A stretch of 41,953 bases of DNA, from contig NC_068989.1 of NCBI RefSeq assembly GCF_001194135.2, positions 10,805,341 through 10,847,293 of the forward strand, in the 5' to 3' direction. This DNA is from Octopus bimaculoides (taxonomy: Eukaryota). A program made the translations under genes and the position numbers. Position 1 is the stretch's first letter; each line of letters opens with the position of its first letter. Of this stretch, positions 10,170 to 22,385 are shown in pieces. Under the pieces are notes generated by a model. The model worked only from the letters and a program-made list of their open reading frames with translations. It made no database searches and had not been told where the DNA came from.

Positions 10170-10546
10170 TGCACACATCATCAATGACACATACACACAC
10201 TTATTCACACACACTCACATATATGCACACATATAGTCTTATCCACACAGAGACACTGATTCATATATGCGCACACACACATATACGCACATACATATAC
10301 ACGCACCGAGACACACCCGCATATAAATACAAACACACACATACACATACGTACAACATGTACATACACTCAGTCTTATCTACACATAGAAACAGAGACA
10401 CACACACATATACACATATATACACACGTACACTAATATGCACATGCATATACACACACCCAATCTTGATCACACAAGCACACAAACACACACACACTCA
10501 CTTATACACACACGCAAATATACATACATACATACATACATACATA
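10170..10546. repeat. Degenerate (CA)/(TA)/(CATA)n tract
   Basis: Direct reading. Confidence 0.85.
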
Positions 10547-10846
10547 CAGTGGCGGACTAGCCAGGTTGCCAGCTTGCCCGATAGTAAGTGGGCCTCTGCG
10601 CCATTAGAATCCACATATGGGGGCCCATGTTAGTATCTAAGGGGCCCATCCCCTCAAGTGTGAGAATGTTTTATTCACTCCTGGAAGAATGTATTAATTA
10701 TTTCAGCCTGGCTGTGTTTGTAGACAGTTAAAAAGAATACTTTTAACAAAATAAATAAATATAGTTGCACGTGGGCCCCCTTGTAGTTGCGGGTGAGCCC
10801 CCTTAGTCTTCTGGCAACCAATATTTTTAGACCCAGTCCGCTACTT
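10547..10846. mobile_element. Putative non-autonomous DNA transposon (hAT-type CAGTGGCG TIR) with internal GGGCCC motifs
   Basis: Left CAGTGGCGGACTAG and right CCAGTCCGCTACTT (11/14 complementary); several internal GGGCCC/GGGCC motifs. No convincing 8-bp TSD. Confidence 0.55.
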
Positions 10847-10848
10847 CC

Positions 10849-11077
10849 TATTTCTTTACTGTCCACAAGGGGCTAAACATAGAGGGTACAAGCAAGGACA
10901 GACAAAGGGATTAAGTCGATTACATCGACCCCAATGCGTAACTGGTACTTAATTTATCGACCCCGAAAGGATTAAATGCAAATCGACCTCGGCGGAATTT
11001 GAACTCAGAACGTAGCGGCAGACGAAATACCTTAAGCATTTCGCCCGGCGTGCTAACGTTTCTGCCAGCTCGCCGCC
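10849..11077 (-). mobile_element. tRNA-derived SINE, family A, full length, young-looking
   Basis: Complete reverse-complement copy from TATTTCTTTACTG to CCAGCTCGCCGCC; CTACTT occurs near both flanks (10841-10846 and 11077-11082), a possible short TSD. Confidence 0.92.
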
Positions 11078-11360
11078 TACTTAAAAAGAACAGATAAACA
11101 CAAACTTAGGAACTCATACATACAAACACTTTTACACTCGCGCACATACTCACACTTAAATACACACACACACACACACACACATTCATACATACGCCTA
11201 CTTCCACGCCCATAGACACAACACATTCACTTACATACGCAACCCTGCTCACCCAAAACGAATATCAATGCTCTCTTTCTGTCTGCTAGAAAACAATGTT
11301 ATGTACTTCCGTTGTTTTTTTTATCGTGAACCTGACTTGTCCAATCATTTTATGAATGTC

Positions 11361-11364
<4 letters not shown>

Positions 11365-11420
<56 letters not shown>
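11365..11420. repeat. (GA)n microsatellite
   Basis: Direct reading. Confidence 0.95.
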
Positions 11421-11423
<3 letters not shown>

Positions 11424-11614
11424 GGGTGAGAGAGTAACAGACAAACAGGAAGACAGAAATGAACAAAAACATCTCACCCCCTCCCATACACAAAATAAGA
11501 CCTTGTTTAATAATCTATTTATAAAATGGAAAGGACAAACAAGAATGAGTGCCGTGATCTTATCCGTAAGTTTCCCCACACAAGCAAAAATGACTACAGG
11601 ATGACAACTATCCT

Positions 11615-11622
11615 CTACCACC

Positions 11623-11663
<41 letters not shown>

Positions 11664-11753
11664 AACCACCTACACCACCACTACTGCCACTACAATTACC
11701 ACCATAACCCCACCACCATCACCACCAGTATTATTATTATTATTAATATTATG

Positions 11754-11846
<93 letters not shown>

Positions 11847-11860
11847 CGTACTAGTAGTAA
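11615..11860. repeat. Compound trinucleotide tract (CAC)(CTA)...(ATT)(AGT)n
   Basis: Direct reading. Confidence 0.92.
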
Positions 11861-12170
11861 ATAGCGAGTGGGGGCGGAGAAATTCCATGCTTTATAATAA
11901 AGTTTCGTGTATCAATATTTGGAGGCATGTTTCATCATGTTAAAGACGTCGATTATGACACGGAATACCATTCTATTGATAATATTGATGGATGACATTG
12001 TAACACTCGAACACATGTCGTGACAAGCAAAATAATGTGTATGTATGTATGTATGCATGTATGTATGTATGTATGTATGTATGTATGCATGCGTGTATGT
12101 ATGGATAGATAGATAGATAGATAGATAGATAGACAGATAGACAGACAGATGTGCGTGAATGTATTCGTTC

Positions 12171-12268
12171 TACTCTAGGCACAAGGCCTAAAATTTAACG
12201 GAAGGGGATAGTCGATCACATCGACTCCACTGCCACACCGACACCCCGAAAGGATGGAAGGCAAAGTT
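12171..12268 (-). mobile_element. SINE family A, 3' fragment with internal deletion
   Basis: TCTAGGCACAAGGCC...GTCGATCACATCGAC...ACCCCGAAAGGATGGAAGGCAAAGTT. Confidence 0.7.
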
Positions 12269-12322
12269 AATATACATAAACGTATATAAAGACATCCATT
12301 ATATGTATACACACAAACACAA

Positions 12323-12355
<33 letters not shown>

Positions 12356-12912
12356 NNNNNNNNNNNNNNNNNNNNNNNNNNNNNNNNNNNNNNNNNNNNN
12401 NNNNNNNNNNNNNNNNNNNNNNNNNNNNNNNNNNNNNNNNNNNNNNNNNNNNNNNNNNNNNNNNNNNNNNNNNNNNNNNNNNNNNNNNNNNNNNNNNNNN
12501 NNNNNNNNNNNNNNNNNNNNNNNNNNNNNNNNNNNNNNNNNNNNNNNNNNNNNNNNNNNNNNNNNNNNNNNNNNNNNNNNNNNNNNNNNNNNNNNNNNNN
12601 NNNNNNNNNNNNNNNNNNNNNNNNNNNNNNNNNNNNNNNNNNNNNNNNNNNNNNNNNNNATCTGAACCGTATCAAGCAAAATTATACATACATCTCAGTA
12701 ATTATCTTGTCTGTCAGTGTTTGTTAATTCTATATTACTATGTTGTTTGATGCTCTTAAAGAAAAACACAACACATGGCTATTCTGTAGTTTCACTGTTT
12801 ATGTTTTCCGTAAGTTATTTCTTAACTCAAGTGTTTAAAGAAAAATCCTCATTCGCTTCTATGGCTATTTTTAAAGATATATTTTCTCTTAAAGAAATTT
12901 TAGCTTCTCCTC

Positions 12913-12982
12913 GTCTCAGTCTTTAGACTGCTGCCCTCTTGGGGCAGCGCCTTCAAGGATTTTATTAGAGCAAATCGACCCT
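12913..12982 (-). mobile_element. 3' tail fragment of SINE family C
   Basis: TCAGTCTTTAGACTGCTGCC...CGCCTTCAAGG...GAGCAAATCGACCC resembles the reverse complement of 5835-5903. Confidence 0.62.
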
Positions 12983-13741
12983 AGTTGATATATATACGGT
13001 CTGAGGACGAATTCTCCCGAGATCGACTTTGCTTTTCATTCCCTCAGGGAACTATTACTTTCTCCCTACCTCACGTTGTTAACACGTCTCTCCCTCTTTT
13101 TCTCTCGCTCTTCACCTATCCCTTCAACTAATCACGTTACAGCGTAACGCATTTGGCTACTAAATTAGACGTTAGACATCTATTAGACGTTATTTCAATT
13201 AGACACTGAGGAATTTTTTTCTAAGATGCTACCCAATTCAATAACTATAATAACATTAAAAACCCAACTCAAGAAACTGCACATTGAATGAATTGAAATC
13301 AAAATTGAACGGTTTTTTTTTCTTTGAAGTCTAGTTCATCTCTATGTATGCAATAACATTTTCTGTAGTCTTCTACAGAAAATTCTCATTATTAACTAAT
13401 ATCTCTCATGTGTTTGTATAAAGAGGCCTCAGCCTTTTTATGCAATCTAAGCATAGACATGTGAAATAAACGTGATTAATGGTACATTTGATATATTGGA
13501 AGGTCGCAGAAAAAGAATGACTTTTGTTGCCTGCTGCCTCATGATGTTCTATATAGTTACATAATATTTGTAATCTTACTCATGTATATAATAAAATAAA
13601 TTTGTAGGCTGAATACTGAATGTTAACGAAACTGCCAAAAGATGAATGACAGCATCAAATATAAACTATATACAAAGGTTTGCTTCTTCCGAGGAAATCT
13701 GTATGAGGTGCTTTCAGTTGAGTCTTATTATAAAGATAGTA

Positions 13742-14002
13742 GAGGCGCTTGGCTTGGTGGTTCGGATGTTGTTAGCGGTTAGGCCCTTAGCTTAGTGGTT
13801 CATGATCGTATGATTGTGGTTTCGATTCCTGGACCGGGCGACGCGTTGTGTTCTTGAGCAAAACACTCCATTTCACGTTGCTCCAGTCCACTCAGCTGGC
13901 AAAAATGAGTAATCTTGCGACGGACCGGCGTCCCATCCAGGTGGGGAGTTTATATGCCATGGAAACCGGCCCCATGAGTCTGCATGACTCGAGAAAGAAC
14001 TT
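13742..14002 (+). mobile_element. SINE family B with duplicated A-box segment
   Basis: GAGGCGCTTGGCTTGGTGGTT (13742-13762) and AGGCCCTTAGCTTAGTGGTT (13781-13800), then GGTTTCGATTCC and GTTGTGTTCTTGAGCAAAACACT. Confidence 0.8.
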
Positions 14003-15121
14003 CGCACTGCACTTATTATAAAGGAAAATTTTTATAGGAATAGAAACAGTAGCTTAAATTTTTTGCAGTCCTTCTCAGACTGGTAATATCGATATGATTA
14101 AAGCCTAGGCTTATAATCAGCCGAAAATCAATCGGAAAAAAAGCGAAGGCGAGGAGAAAGTGAGTTTTAATCTCACCCAAGTGAGATCAATCCGTTGATG
14201 ATAAACTGAATGTGTTACACCTGCCATCATAAAAGAGGTCTATAATATTTAGACAGTCACTCTACGTTTCTTGTTAAAGATATCTGGGTTCGTATAAGGA
14301 CAAAAGTTGAACTTATTCGTATATAAAGTTGCAATAGGGTTACTTATTCGGATCCTATTAAAACCTGGCAAAATGAAGTCTTTAAAAAAAAGAAAAGAAA
14401 AAACTAATTCCGTCGAAACGATTCTTAAATTCACAGATAGGGCATAAATGTTCATCATCTATACATGCAGCTTGATCAATATATCACTTAGAGACCGTGT
14501 ATAAAATCAACGATATAAAGAATTATATTCCATTCAACAGATGAACAAAACTTATTTCCAATTCAATCTGGTTTCTTTGATTAATCTTCAGTCTTTTCAC
14601 ATATACATTTAGTCTTTTAGGTGAGGTTTTAAAAAGAACAATTCCCAACTAGTTCCTTTTCAGATCAATATCTCCAAATGTACACATGTGAGTATATTTA
14701 CGCAAACATCTGCTTTCNNNNNNNNNNNNNNNNNNNNNNNNNNNNNNNNNNNNNNNNNNNNNNNNNNNNNNNNNNNNNNNNNNNNNNNNNNNNNNNNNNN
14801 NNNNNNNNNNNNNNNNNNNNNNNNNNNNNNNNNNNNNNNNNNNNNNNNNNNNNNNNNNNNNNNNNNNNNNNNNNNNNNNNNNNNNNNNNNNNNNNNNNNN
14901 NNNNNNNNNNNNNNNNNNNNNNNNNNNNNNNNNNNNNNNNNNNNNNNNNNNNNNNNNNNNNNNNNNNNNNNNNNNNNNNNNNNNNNNNNNNNNNNNNNNN
15001 NNNNNNNNNNNNNNNNNNNNNNNNNNNNNNNNNNNNNNNNNNNNNNNNNNNNNNNNNNNNNNNNNNNNNNNNNNNNNNNNNNNNNNNNNNNNNNNNNNNN
15101 NNNNNNNNNNNNNNNNNNNNN

Positions 15122-15175
<54 letters not shown>

Positions 15176-15689
15176 GTGTGTGTAATATATGTATACATAC
15201 CTACATACCTACATACCTACATATATATATATGTAGTATATGTATACATACATATATATCTATATATATATATGTGTGTGTTTGTGTGTATATATGTATA
15301 TATAAATATGTATTACCGTCGTTATCATCATTACTCGTGAATTAAAATGTTATTTATTAAGAAATAATTTAAATGATTACAGCTGATTCTAGACTGTTGT
15401 TAGAAAATACATAATCAGAGGGGAATTGCATCTGGAGAGCAGCAACGACTTCAACCACAACAACAACAGCAACAACAGCCATTTACAACGAATGCAAGAA
15501 CAACTTCATCATCAATAGCAATGGCTGCTGTTACAAAACGCAGTTGTGAACAAATATCTTCCAATTCAACAACGAATTACATGAAAAACAATAACAGCGG
15601 TAGACAAATAAGAATAAAATAAAAATAATGAAAATAAAATCATCACTAAGGACATAAAAAAATAACTAGTTCCAACAAAATCTATGAAA

Positions 15690-16111
15690 TAACAACAACA
15701 ACAACAACAACAACAACTGTGAGAACGGAATTATTTCTTTCAACAACTATTAGCAAAATTAATAGGAATAGCCACAAAATAAGGTTAGCAACATCACCCA
15801 AGGCAATAGCAACAGGTGCAACATCATCCATTATCATCATCATCATCATCGTCGTCGTCGTCGTCGTCGTCGTCGTCATCGTTATCATCGTTATCATCGA
15901 CGTCATCATCTTCCTCTTATTCCTTCTCATCATCATCATCATCGTCATCATCTTTCTCATCGTCATAATCATCATCATCACCATCATCATCATCGTCATC
16001 GTCATCATCATCATCATCATCATTATCAGTATCATCATCATTGTCATCATCGTCATCATCATCGGCATCATCATCGTTATCATCGACATCACCATGGTTA
16101 TCTTATTCATT

Positions 16112-16157
<46 letters not shown>

Positions 16158-16200
16158 ACAACAACAACAGCTGCAGCAGCAGTAACAACAACGTCAACAA
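15690..16200. repeat. Long compound trinucleotide tract (CAA)(CAT)(CGT)n
   Basis: Direct reading; it explains the poly-I, poly-S and poly-M ORFs in the track. Confidence 0.92.
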
Positions 16201-16264
16201 TATTAACAGTTACAAAGATAATTAAACAATTGACACAAGGCAACATCGACTACAAAGACGATGG

Positions 16265-16416
16265 CGCCTCTGTATTCTCGCTTGATTTGCTTGAAATAGG
16301 AGTCAAATCTCTCTCAAAAATGCATTCTGCAGTTTCAACAAAAAGAACGAAATTTAGGGTTTTGTATTCCTAGATACATTTTACCCTTATGGAATTGTCA
16401 TGGGTGGAAGTCCTTT
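16265..16416 (+). mobile_element. Interspersed repeat family E, second copy
   Basis: GCCTCTGTATTCTCG...GAAATAGGAGTCAAATCTCTCTCAA...CCTAGATAC...GTCATGGGTGGAAG aligns to the reverse complement of 3478-3655. Confidence 0.55.
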
Positions 16417-16491
16417 ACAGAAAAGGATTTCTCGTTCAAGATTATCCAGGAATTAAACATTTGTCAAAGTAATTAGAACATTTAAACAACG

Positions 16492-16522
<31 letters not shown>

Positions 16523-16563
16523 TCACCACCACCACTACCACTACTACTACCACCACCACCACC

Positions 16564-16594
<31 letters not shown>

Positions 16595-17481
16595 GTATGT
16601 CGATGATAGTGGTAATAGCATCAACTAAAAGGATACCGGTAGCGACAACAGCTACAAGCTGAATTGCAAAATTCACGATAAGAAGAAGAACAACCCCATC
16701 GACGAAAACAATGATAAAACTGATGCTAATAAGAATCAGAAAATAAATAAATAAATAAAGACAAATTTAACAAAAATACATTAATTGTAGTGAGTTTTTT
16801 TTTTATGTCAACAACAGAAGTTATTATCTTAGAGCTGTTTTTTGTTTGTTTTTTGCCTTTCCTTTTGTTTTTGTTTGATCTGTTAATGACAATTGCAGCA
16901 GATTATTCAATGACGATTGCAGCAGATCAGTCTCACAATGTGGATGGGACGGCATACACTGATCAATTCAGACGCTCTGCTGTCATCCAGTCATTCATTT
17001 ACTTTCAGCTACATAATTATTTCTTTTTCTTCTTCCCTTTTTTTTTTTATATATATATACACATATATTATTTTAACTGTGTTTGTTTTAGTGATTCTCT
17101 TTCTAGTGTATTTTCATTCACTATTTTAGTAATTTCGACTTCAATGGAACTATTTACGAAAAGTACGCCTTTCTCTAATTTCGCGAGCGAGTTGTCGTCT
17201 GCAGATGTGTGGAATTAACTGGAACAATAAAGCTTTCTTCACACTGAAAAATAAATTGACTATTTTATTGGAAATATATCGCTAAAGATGTCATTTGAGA
17301 ATGGAAGGAAGGAATGACTTTACTGATAACTAACTCACTATCGCTTTTCGTTTTATATATAGACTGGTCTTTCTATCGCTTAGACTTTCGAAAAATTTTT
17401 TTATGGTACTTTATATTCAGTGTTTATCTCTCTATTTATTTTCTTTTACGTCTTTTCTCTTTCCCCCTCTCTCATATGCAT

Positions 17482-17610
<129 letters not shown>

Positions 17611-18079
17611 CATGCATACATATATATACACGCTTGTATGCATATATGTATAAGTACGTATTATGAACGAGTGAACCCCCTCACCATCTCTCCTATATGC
17701 ACAATCGCTACATCTCTATTACACAACGTCCTCGTATTTTCCTTCTCTCCTTTTAAAAAAAAAATCTTTCTAATTAAGTATTCTTGTCTCCCTGTCACTT
17801 AAATTTCTCTTGACTTAATTTATGCATATACAAACACAATTAGACACACTAACATACATACTGCTCTCCTTTGATTGAGCGCAAGGTTGGTGGGGTGGGA
17901 GAAACGGAAAGTTTAGTTGTTTTCACCTAACCCAATAGTAAAAACAATGAAAGATTCAGTTCAAAAACTGCTTCACACATTCCTGATCTGTAATACTCCA
18001 CTGTTTAGGCGTGTATAAATACACACACACACACACACACACATATGCCTACGTGTGTCTGAGTACAAACAGAAACACA

Positions 18080-18460
18080 CCTACGCACAAAACTTTGTAA
18101 TAGCTCGTATTTGCCTTTTGTATGGGCCCTAGATTCGTAACATTCTAACAAGACTAATGCGAAAAACAAAGTCATTCCCAATCTTCACAATACTACACCA
18201 AGTGTGTCGATGATATATTTATTGTGATAAACTGACGGAATAGCTTTAAAAAGATCTTGAAAATAATTCAAGCTTACATTTACAATACAGCATAGCTCTA
18301 AGTCGTAACCTTAAAACGTAAGTAAACACAGCTATTAACATACAAATGCATACCCTCTCAAATTAGCCAAATACATGGGAGATGATAGAAATACACAAAT
18401 CTCTTGAAATTATTCTGTTCATATTCTAGAGAATTTGAAGCAGACGTAATTCTAAGAAAT
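18080..18460 (+). mobile_element. Probable decayed Penelope-like reverse transcriptase fragment
   Basis: One frame reads CMGPRFVTF*QD*CEKQSHSQSSQYYTKCVDDIFIVIN*, resembling the PLE RT pattern LGP.FANFY...Y.RYVDDIF. Several stops and frameshifts; the downstream part is weak. Confidence 0.45.
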
Positions 18461-18490
18461 TAAGAGACAGACGGGTCTGAAGAAGCAGAC

Positions 18491-18582
18491 CTGAAGGCAT
18501 GATGAGGTTGCGAATGGCAACGAAAGGACTTTGATATGACTGATTGATTGGCTAAACAATTAATCAGACAATTGATTAGTTA
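18491..18582 (+). repeat. Dispersed repeat family F, copy 2 (unclassified)
   Basis: Aligns to the reverse complement of 5526-5632; contains TGATGA-G-GTTGC-GAATG-GCAAC-GAAA. Confidence 0.7.
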
Positions 18583-18615
18583 AGTGTCTAAATGGTTAAC
18601 TAACTGACTAATAAT

Positions 18616-18682
18616 GGTTTCAAATTTTGGCACGAGGCCAGCAAGTTCAGAGGAGGGGGCTAAGCCAATTACATCGACTCTA
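18616..18682 (-). mobile_element. SINE family A 3' tail fragment
   Basis: GGTTTCAAATTTTGGCACGAGGCCAGC...ATTACATCGAC. Confidence 0.7.
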
Positions 18683-18969
18683 GAACACAAAAGTGGAGGA
18701 AAAATAAAATCGAACGAAAAGAATGGTAATGATAAATCAAAAGGTGGAATGACGTCTACTCGAACCCCACACTCCAGTTAACGTCATTGAACGTTTTCAG
18801 AAAGAAAAAAAATTTTTTTGACACGTGTTATTTTATTTTTGGCTCTTTCTCTTTGTGGTAAATATTTTTTCTAACTGTATTTGCTTGAAAAAACATACTT
18901 TTCTTTATATTAAGCATTTCATTATAATTACTTTTACGATGTGCCTAAATGAAAACCATCGCTATAGAT

Positions 18970-19070
18970 CAGCATTTCTCAACTTTTTTCGTGATTTGGC
19001 TTCCCTTGGACATTGAAAAAATTTATTTCGGCTCCCCTGTGTTGATGAAAAATTTAATCCAGCTTCCCAT
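18970..19070. mobile_element. Orphan left end of a hAT-type MITE
   Basis: CAGCATTTCTCAAC preceded by CTATAGAT; resembles the TIR of the element at 3825 and the generic CAGTGTTTCTCAAC hAT end. No right end seen. Confidence 0.4.
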
Positions 19071-19099
19071 GTATCTGAAATAGACCGGCCGGCCCATGA

Positions 19100-19783
19100 C
19101 AAATCTGACAAAAGGGGGAACCCGCAGAACTACCAACTCACGAAATGCATCTGAAAGTTGGCGCGCCAATCATGCTGTAAGGAATTTAGATGCTCCAATA
19201 ATGTGCAATGGTACGCGGATGATTATCAAAAAATTGTGCTCCCGAGTTCTGTAGGCAACAATCTTGAATGAACCGGCCGCTGGCTAAGACATACTTATAA
19301 CTCTCATGTCCCTTACCCACACCGATACGACCTACAAGTTTAAACAGATGCAATTTCCAATCAAACTCTGCTTTCCCATGACAATCAACAAGGCGCAGGG
19401 ACAATCAGTGCAAGCGGGTGGTTTGAATCTGACAGAGCAAGTATTCTCACACGCACAACTGTACGTTGGCTGTCCCCATGGTCTTTCTATTTGTGCACCC
19501 GAGGGAAGGACGAAGAATGTTGTCTACCAAGAGGCACTCCAATGATAACAACGGCAACTTCAACTGCTCCAATTTCAACTCCGCAATTTTTTCATCGTCC
19601 TGCCAGCCCACGTAAGTCCAGTCTTGCTTTGCTCTCGTTACTAACTCACCATGGCATTCTTTTTTTTTCTACCAAGATCCGTCGCCCAAACACCACTTCG
19701 TATCCACTTCTTCCTCTTTTTTATGTCTTCGTTTCTCTCTTCGCGTCGTTTTCTGACCGGGTGAAACCGGGCTTAGCTGCTAG
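19100..19783 (+). mobile_element. Helitron 3' portion: PIF1-like helicase C-terminal pseudogene, 3' UTR, terminal hairpin and CTAG end
   Basis: My translation from 19127: ELPTHEMHLKVGAPIML/RNLDAPIMCNGTRMIIKKL...FKQMQFPIKLCFPMTINKAQGQS...VFSHAQLYVGC...GRTKNVVYQEAL*, with one frameshift and two stops. Hairpin CCGGGT-GAA-ACCGGG at ~19757-19771; CTAG at 19780-19783 followed by T. Confidence 0.92.
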
Positions 19784-20134
19784 TAATAATAATAAATAAG
19801 TGAAGCAGAACTAGTGTATGTGTTTATTATTGGCATACTTCAGTAACACTTTTTACATTCCGCTCAATCTCTCACACTAATAATATATATCAATTATCCT
19901 TCATATTAAAATGCGTGGATGGATAATTTGACACAGTAACGACAATAGTGGCGATAGCGATGAAAAGAAAACTACTCTATTTAAGAAGTGTCTACATAAG
20001 GCTCCTCAAATTACGACTCGTATATTTTATTGTCTAATAATTATTTAAATGTGTATCTTTGGAAACAGATATGACTCTATTATTCTTTTACTGGTCTCAG
20101 TTACTGAACTGACTGAGGACAAACACAAAGGTAT

Positions 20135-20172
<38 letters not shown>

Positions 20173-20416
20173 ACACATACATACATACATAATACATATA
20201 TATAAAATTAATCAAAGGTCATACTAAGTATGTCTGCCTGCTAGAAATAACAGTCAAAGCTCTTATTTAGATCGCCATAATTACACTAATGATAACTACA
20301 GAAATCAACCGAAAGAAGATTAGATTAATAAGATCTCTTAACGTACATTTAAGTATAAGGACTTGCGTGGACCGGTTTCTGTACTGTATTTTTCGCGAAT
20401 TATTTGCCCTGTATAA

Positions 20417-20480
<64 letters not shown>

Positions 20481-20498
20481 TGTGTGTGCGCGCGCGCG

Positions 20499-20628
20499 CG
20501 ACGAGAGCCCACACAGTTTCCGTCAACCAAATTCACTCAACCCTTGCCCAAGTTGCCGCGCCGTGTCGCTGAACACAAAACCACGTGGTTGCGAAGCGGA
20601 CTTTCTAACCATACCACCATGCCTGCGC
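20499..20628 (-). mobile_element. SINE family C, 5' head and CORE-like part
   Basis: CAGTTTCCGTCAACCAAATTCACTCA...CCCAAG...CTGAAC...AACCACGTGGTTGCGAAGC...CCATGCCTGCGC, homologous to 27175-27345 and 29260-29415. Confidence 0.78.
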
Positions 20629-21371
20629 TTGTGTGTGTGTGTGTGTGTTTGTGTGTGTAATACATAATATATATATGCATATATACGCAGATATCAGTAT
20701 GTAAACGTGCTCTGATATAGGCTCATATATATGTATGCGTATATTTGCGCACTTATCTAATTTATGCATAAGCAAATTGTTTTTACAAAAAATAAACGAA
20801 ATTATCGCCGGATGCAACGACGAGAATGGAGGAAAAGAAACAAACGTTGAAATTTTCATTTTTATTTTTTTTCCTCTAATTTGTATTTTCGGATTTTAAA
20901 ACATAGAAATCCAAAGAAATTTCTGAAAACAATCAACAAAAAGAAAAACAAATTACTGAAGTGAAGTGGTGGGTGTTTATTCTGTAAATCTGACTATTTT
21001 CGTACATGCAAGACAGCAGTAACACAATATATCTTTTCTTTTTCAAAGCCGTAGAAAAGTATTTGAAGGATTTGAACGGCTAATTTCAATCACATCGAAC
21101 GATTACATAGAGGTTTCTTTATTTAATCCTTATTTCCAACAAACAAACCCATATCATCACCAAAACGCTGTCCTTAAGTCGGACATGAAACGTTTTGGCG
21201 CAGCGGTTTTGACACCACTTATTTTGTATCGCTGAATCGACGCTTACTTGACATTAGAAATTTGATATCTCCCTCTTCCCTCCCTCTCTCTGTTCATCTG
21301 TGTGAGCATCTACTTAGTATGTACGTATTATGTGCCCCTTTCTCTCTCACACTCTCAATCTCTCTAAGCTA

Positions 21372-21905
21372 ATCTCATGCTGTACGCCAGTGATGTCATT
21401 ACAGTCGGTATTCCTGCACAGGAAAAGAAGATTCAGAAGTCAAATTCGCTGGAGAAATCATCGACGATAAAGAATCAAGATCAGAAATCTTAGCAAGGCC
21501 CTTGCCAACAATGTACTAATCAAACTCAGGACAATATGGAGACGTAGAAACACTTTCATGAACAGTAAGCTCAGATTCCTACGTGTATAGGCACTTTCTC
21601 TTGTACTCATACTAGACAAGGACACGCAGTACAGAGTTACGAAGATACAGGCAGAAGAATTGAGATACTGCCGCATCATCTTAGGCATCTCATACTTGAA
21701 TTGTTTCAGAAATTAGCAGTTAAGTGAAACCGTCAGGTATGATATTGATCACGACGAAGACTTTCTAACAAAAGTAAAAGTAAAGAAAACTGAGAAAGTA
21801 TTACCATGTAACAAGATCCAGTAGCCTCGTAAAAGGAAAATCTTCTAGGAATTGTGGAGTATAAATGGAGTGGTGGGCAAAGAAAAAGCTGGTTGAACAA
21901 CGCCA
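21372..21905 (+). mobile_element. Decayed RTE-clade LINE fragment (C-terminal RT region)
   Basis: Frameshifted segments: EVKFAGEIIDDKESRSEILAR / LIKLRTIWRRRNTFMNSKLRFLR...KIQAEELRYCRIILGISY / KLRKYYHVTRSSSL / IVEYKWSGGQRKSWLNNA, matching the RTE C-terminal pattern. A possible degenerate YADD (LYASDV) near 21380 is weaker. Confidence 0.75.
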
Positions 21906-22299
21906 AAAAAAATAGACAGACAAATTAAAATGAATGCAAATTAAAATGTGTTAAAATTATTACAATTATATTCGATATCTTCTCCAGATACGAATACGTT
22001 TGTGGTATTGACACGTTCTAAGAAATATGTTCTAACATAAGAATGTATTGTTCTTATTGGGCTGAAAAAAAGCAGACTTGGTGTTCGTCGGTCGACATCG
22101 AGAAAGAATGCAGAAAAGCGCACGTCCTGTGGTTCATTCACATCCTGATGTGTTTTCATACATGTTGTCTATGAGGAAAATTTTCTCCCAGGATTTATTT
22201 CCGCAGCGAATGGTCTTCACACATTCGAGTGCACTCGGACGTATTAAGTATGACTTTACGCGAATATAATTTATTCAACGCTGCTTCATGCGATGTTAG

Positions 22300-22304
<5 letters not shown>

Positions 22305-22385
<81 letters not shown>

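Noticed and set aside
11630-11860. (CTA)n and (TAG)n blocks that are mutually complementary
   Set aside because: A common by-product of compound trinucleotide tracts; no unique sequence supports a designed hairpin.
16248-16263. GACTACAAAGACGATG, the first 16 nt of a common FLAG-tag coding sequence (DYKDD)
   Set aside because: It continues as GCGCC (DYKDDG), runs into a native family E repeat, and has no vector context; treated as coincidence.
17125-17215. NFDFNGTIYEKY, reminiscent of the Penelope RT F.FNG..Y.Q motif
   Set aside because: About 900 bp from the VDDIF relic, not followed by G.AMG, and too short to support.
22140-22260. HIRVHS, reminiscent of a C2H2 zinc-finger end
   Set aside because: Cys-to-His spacing is wrong, there is a stop in frame, and no TGEKP linker or neighbouring fingers.
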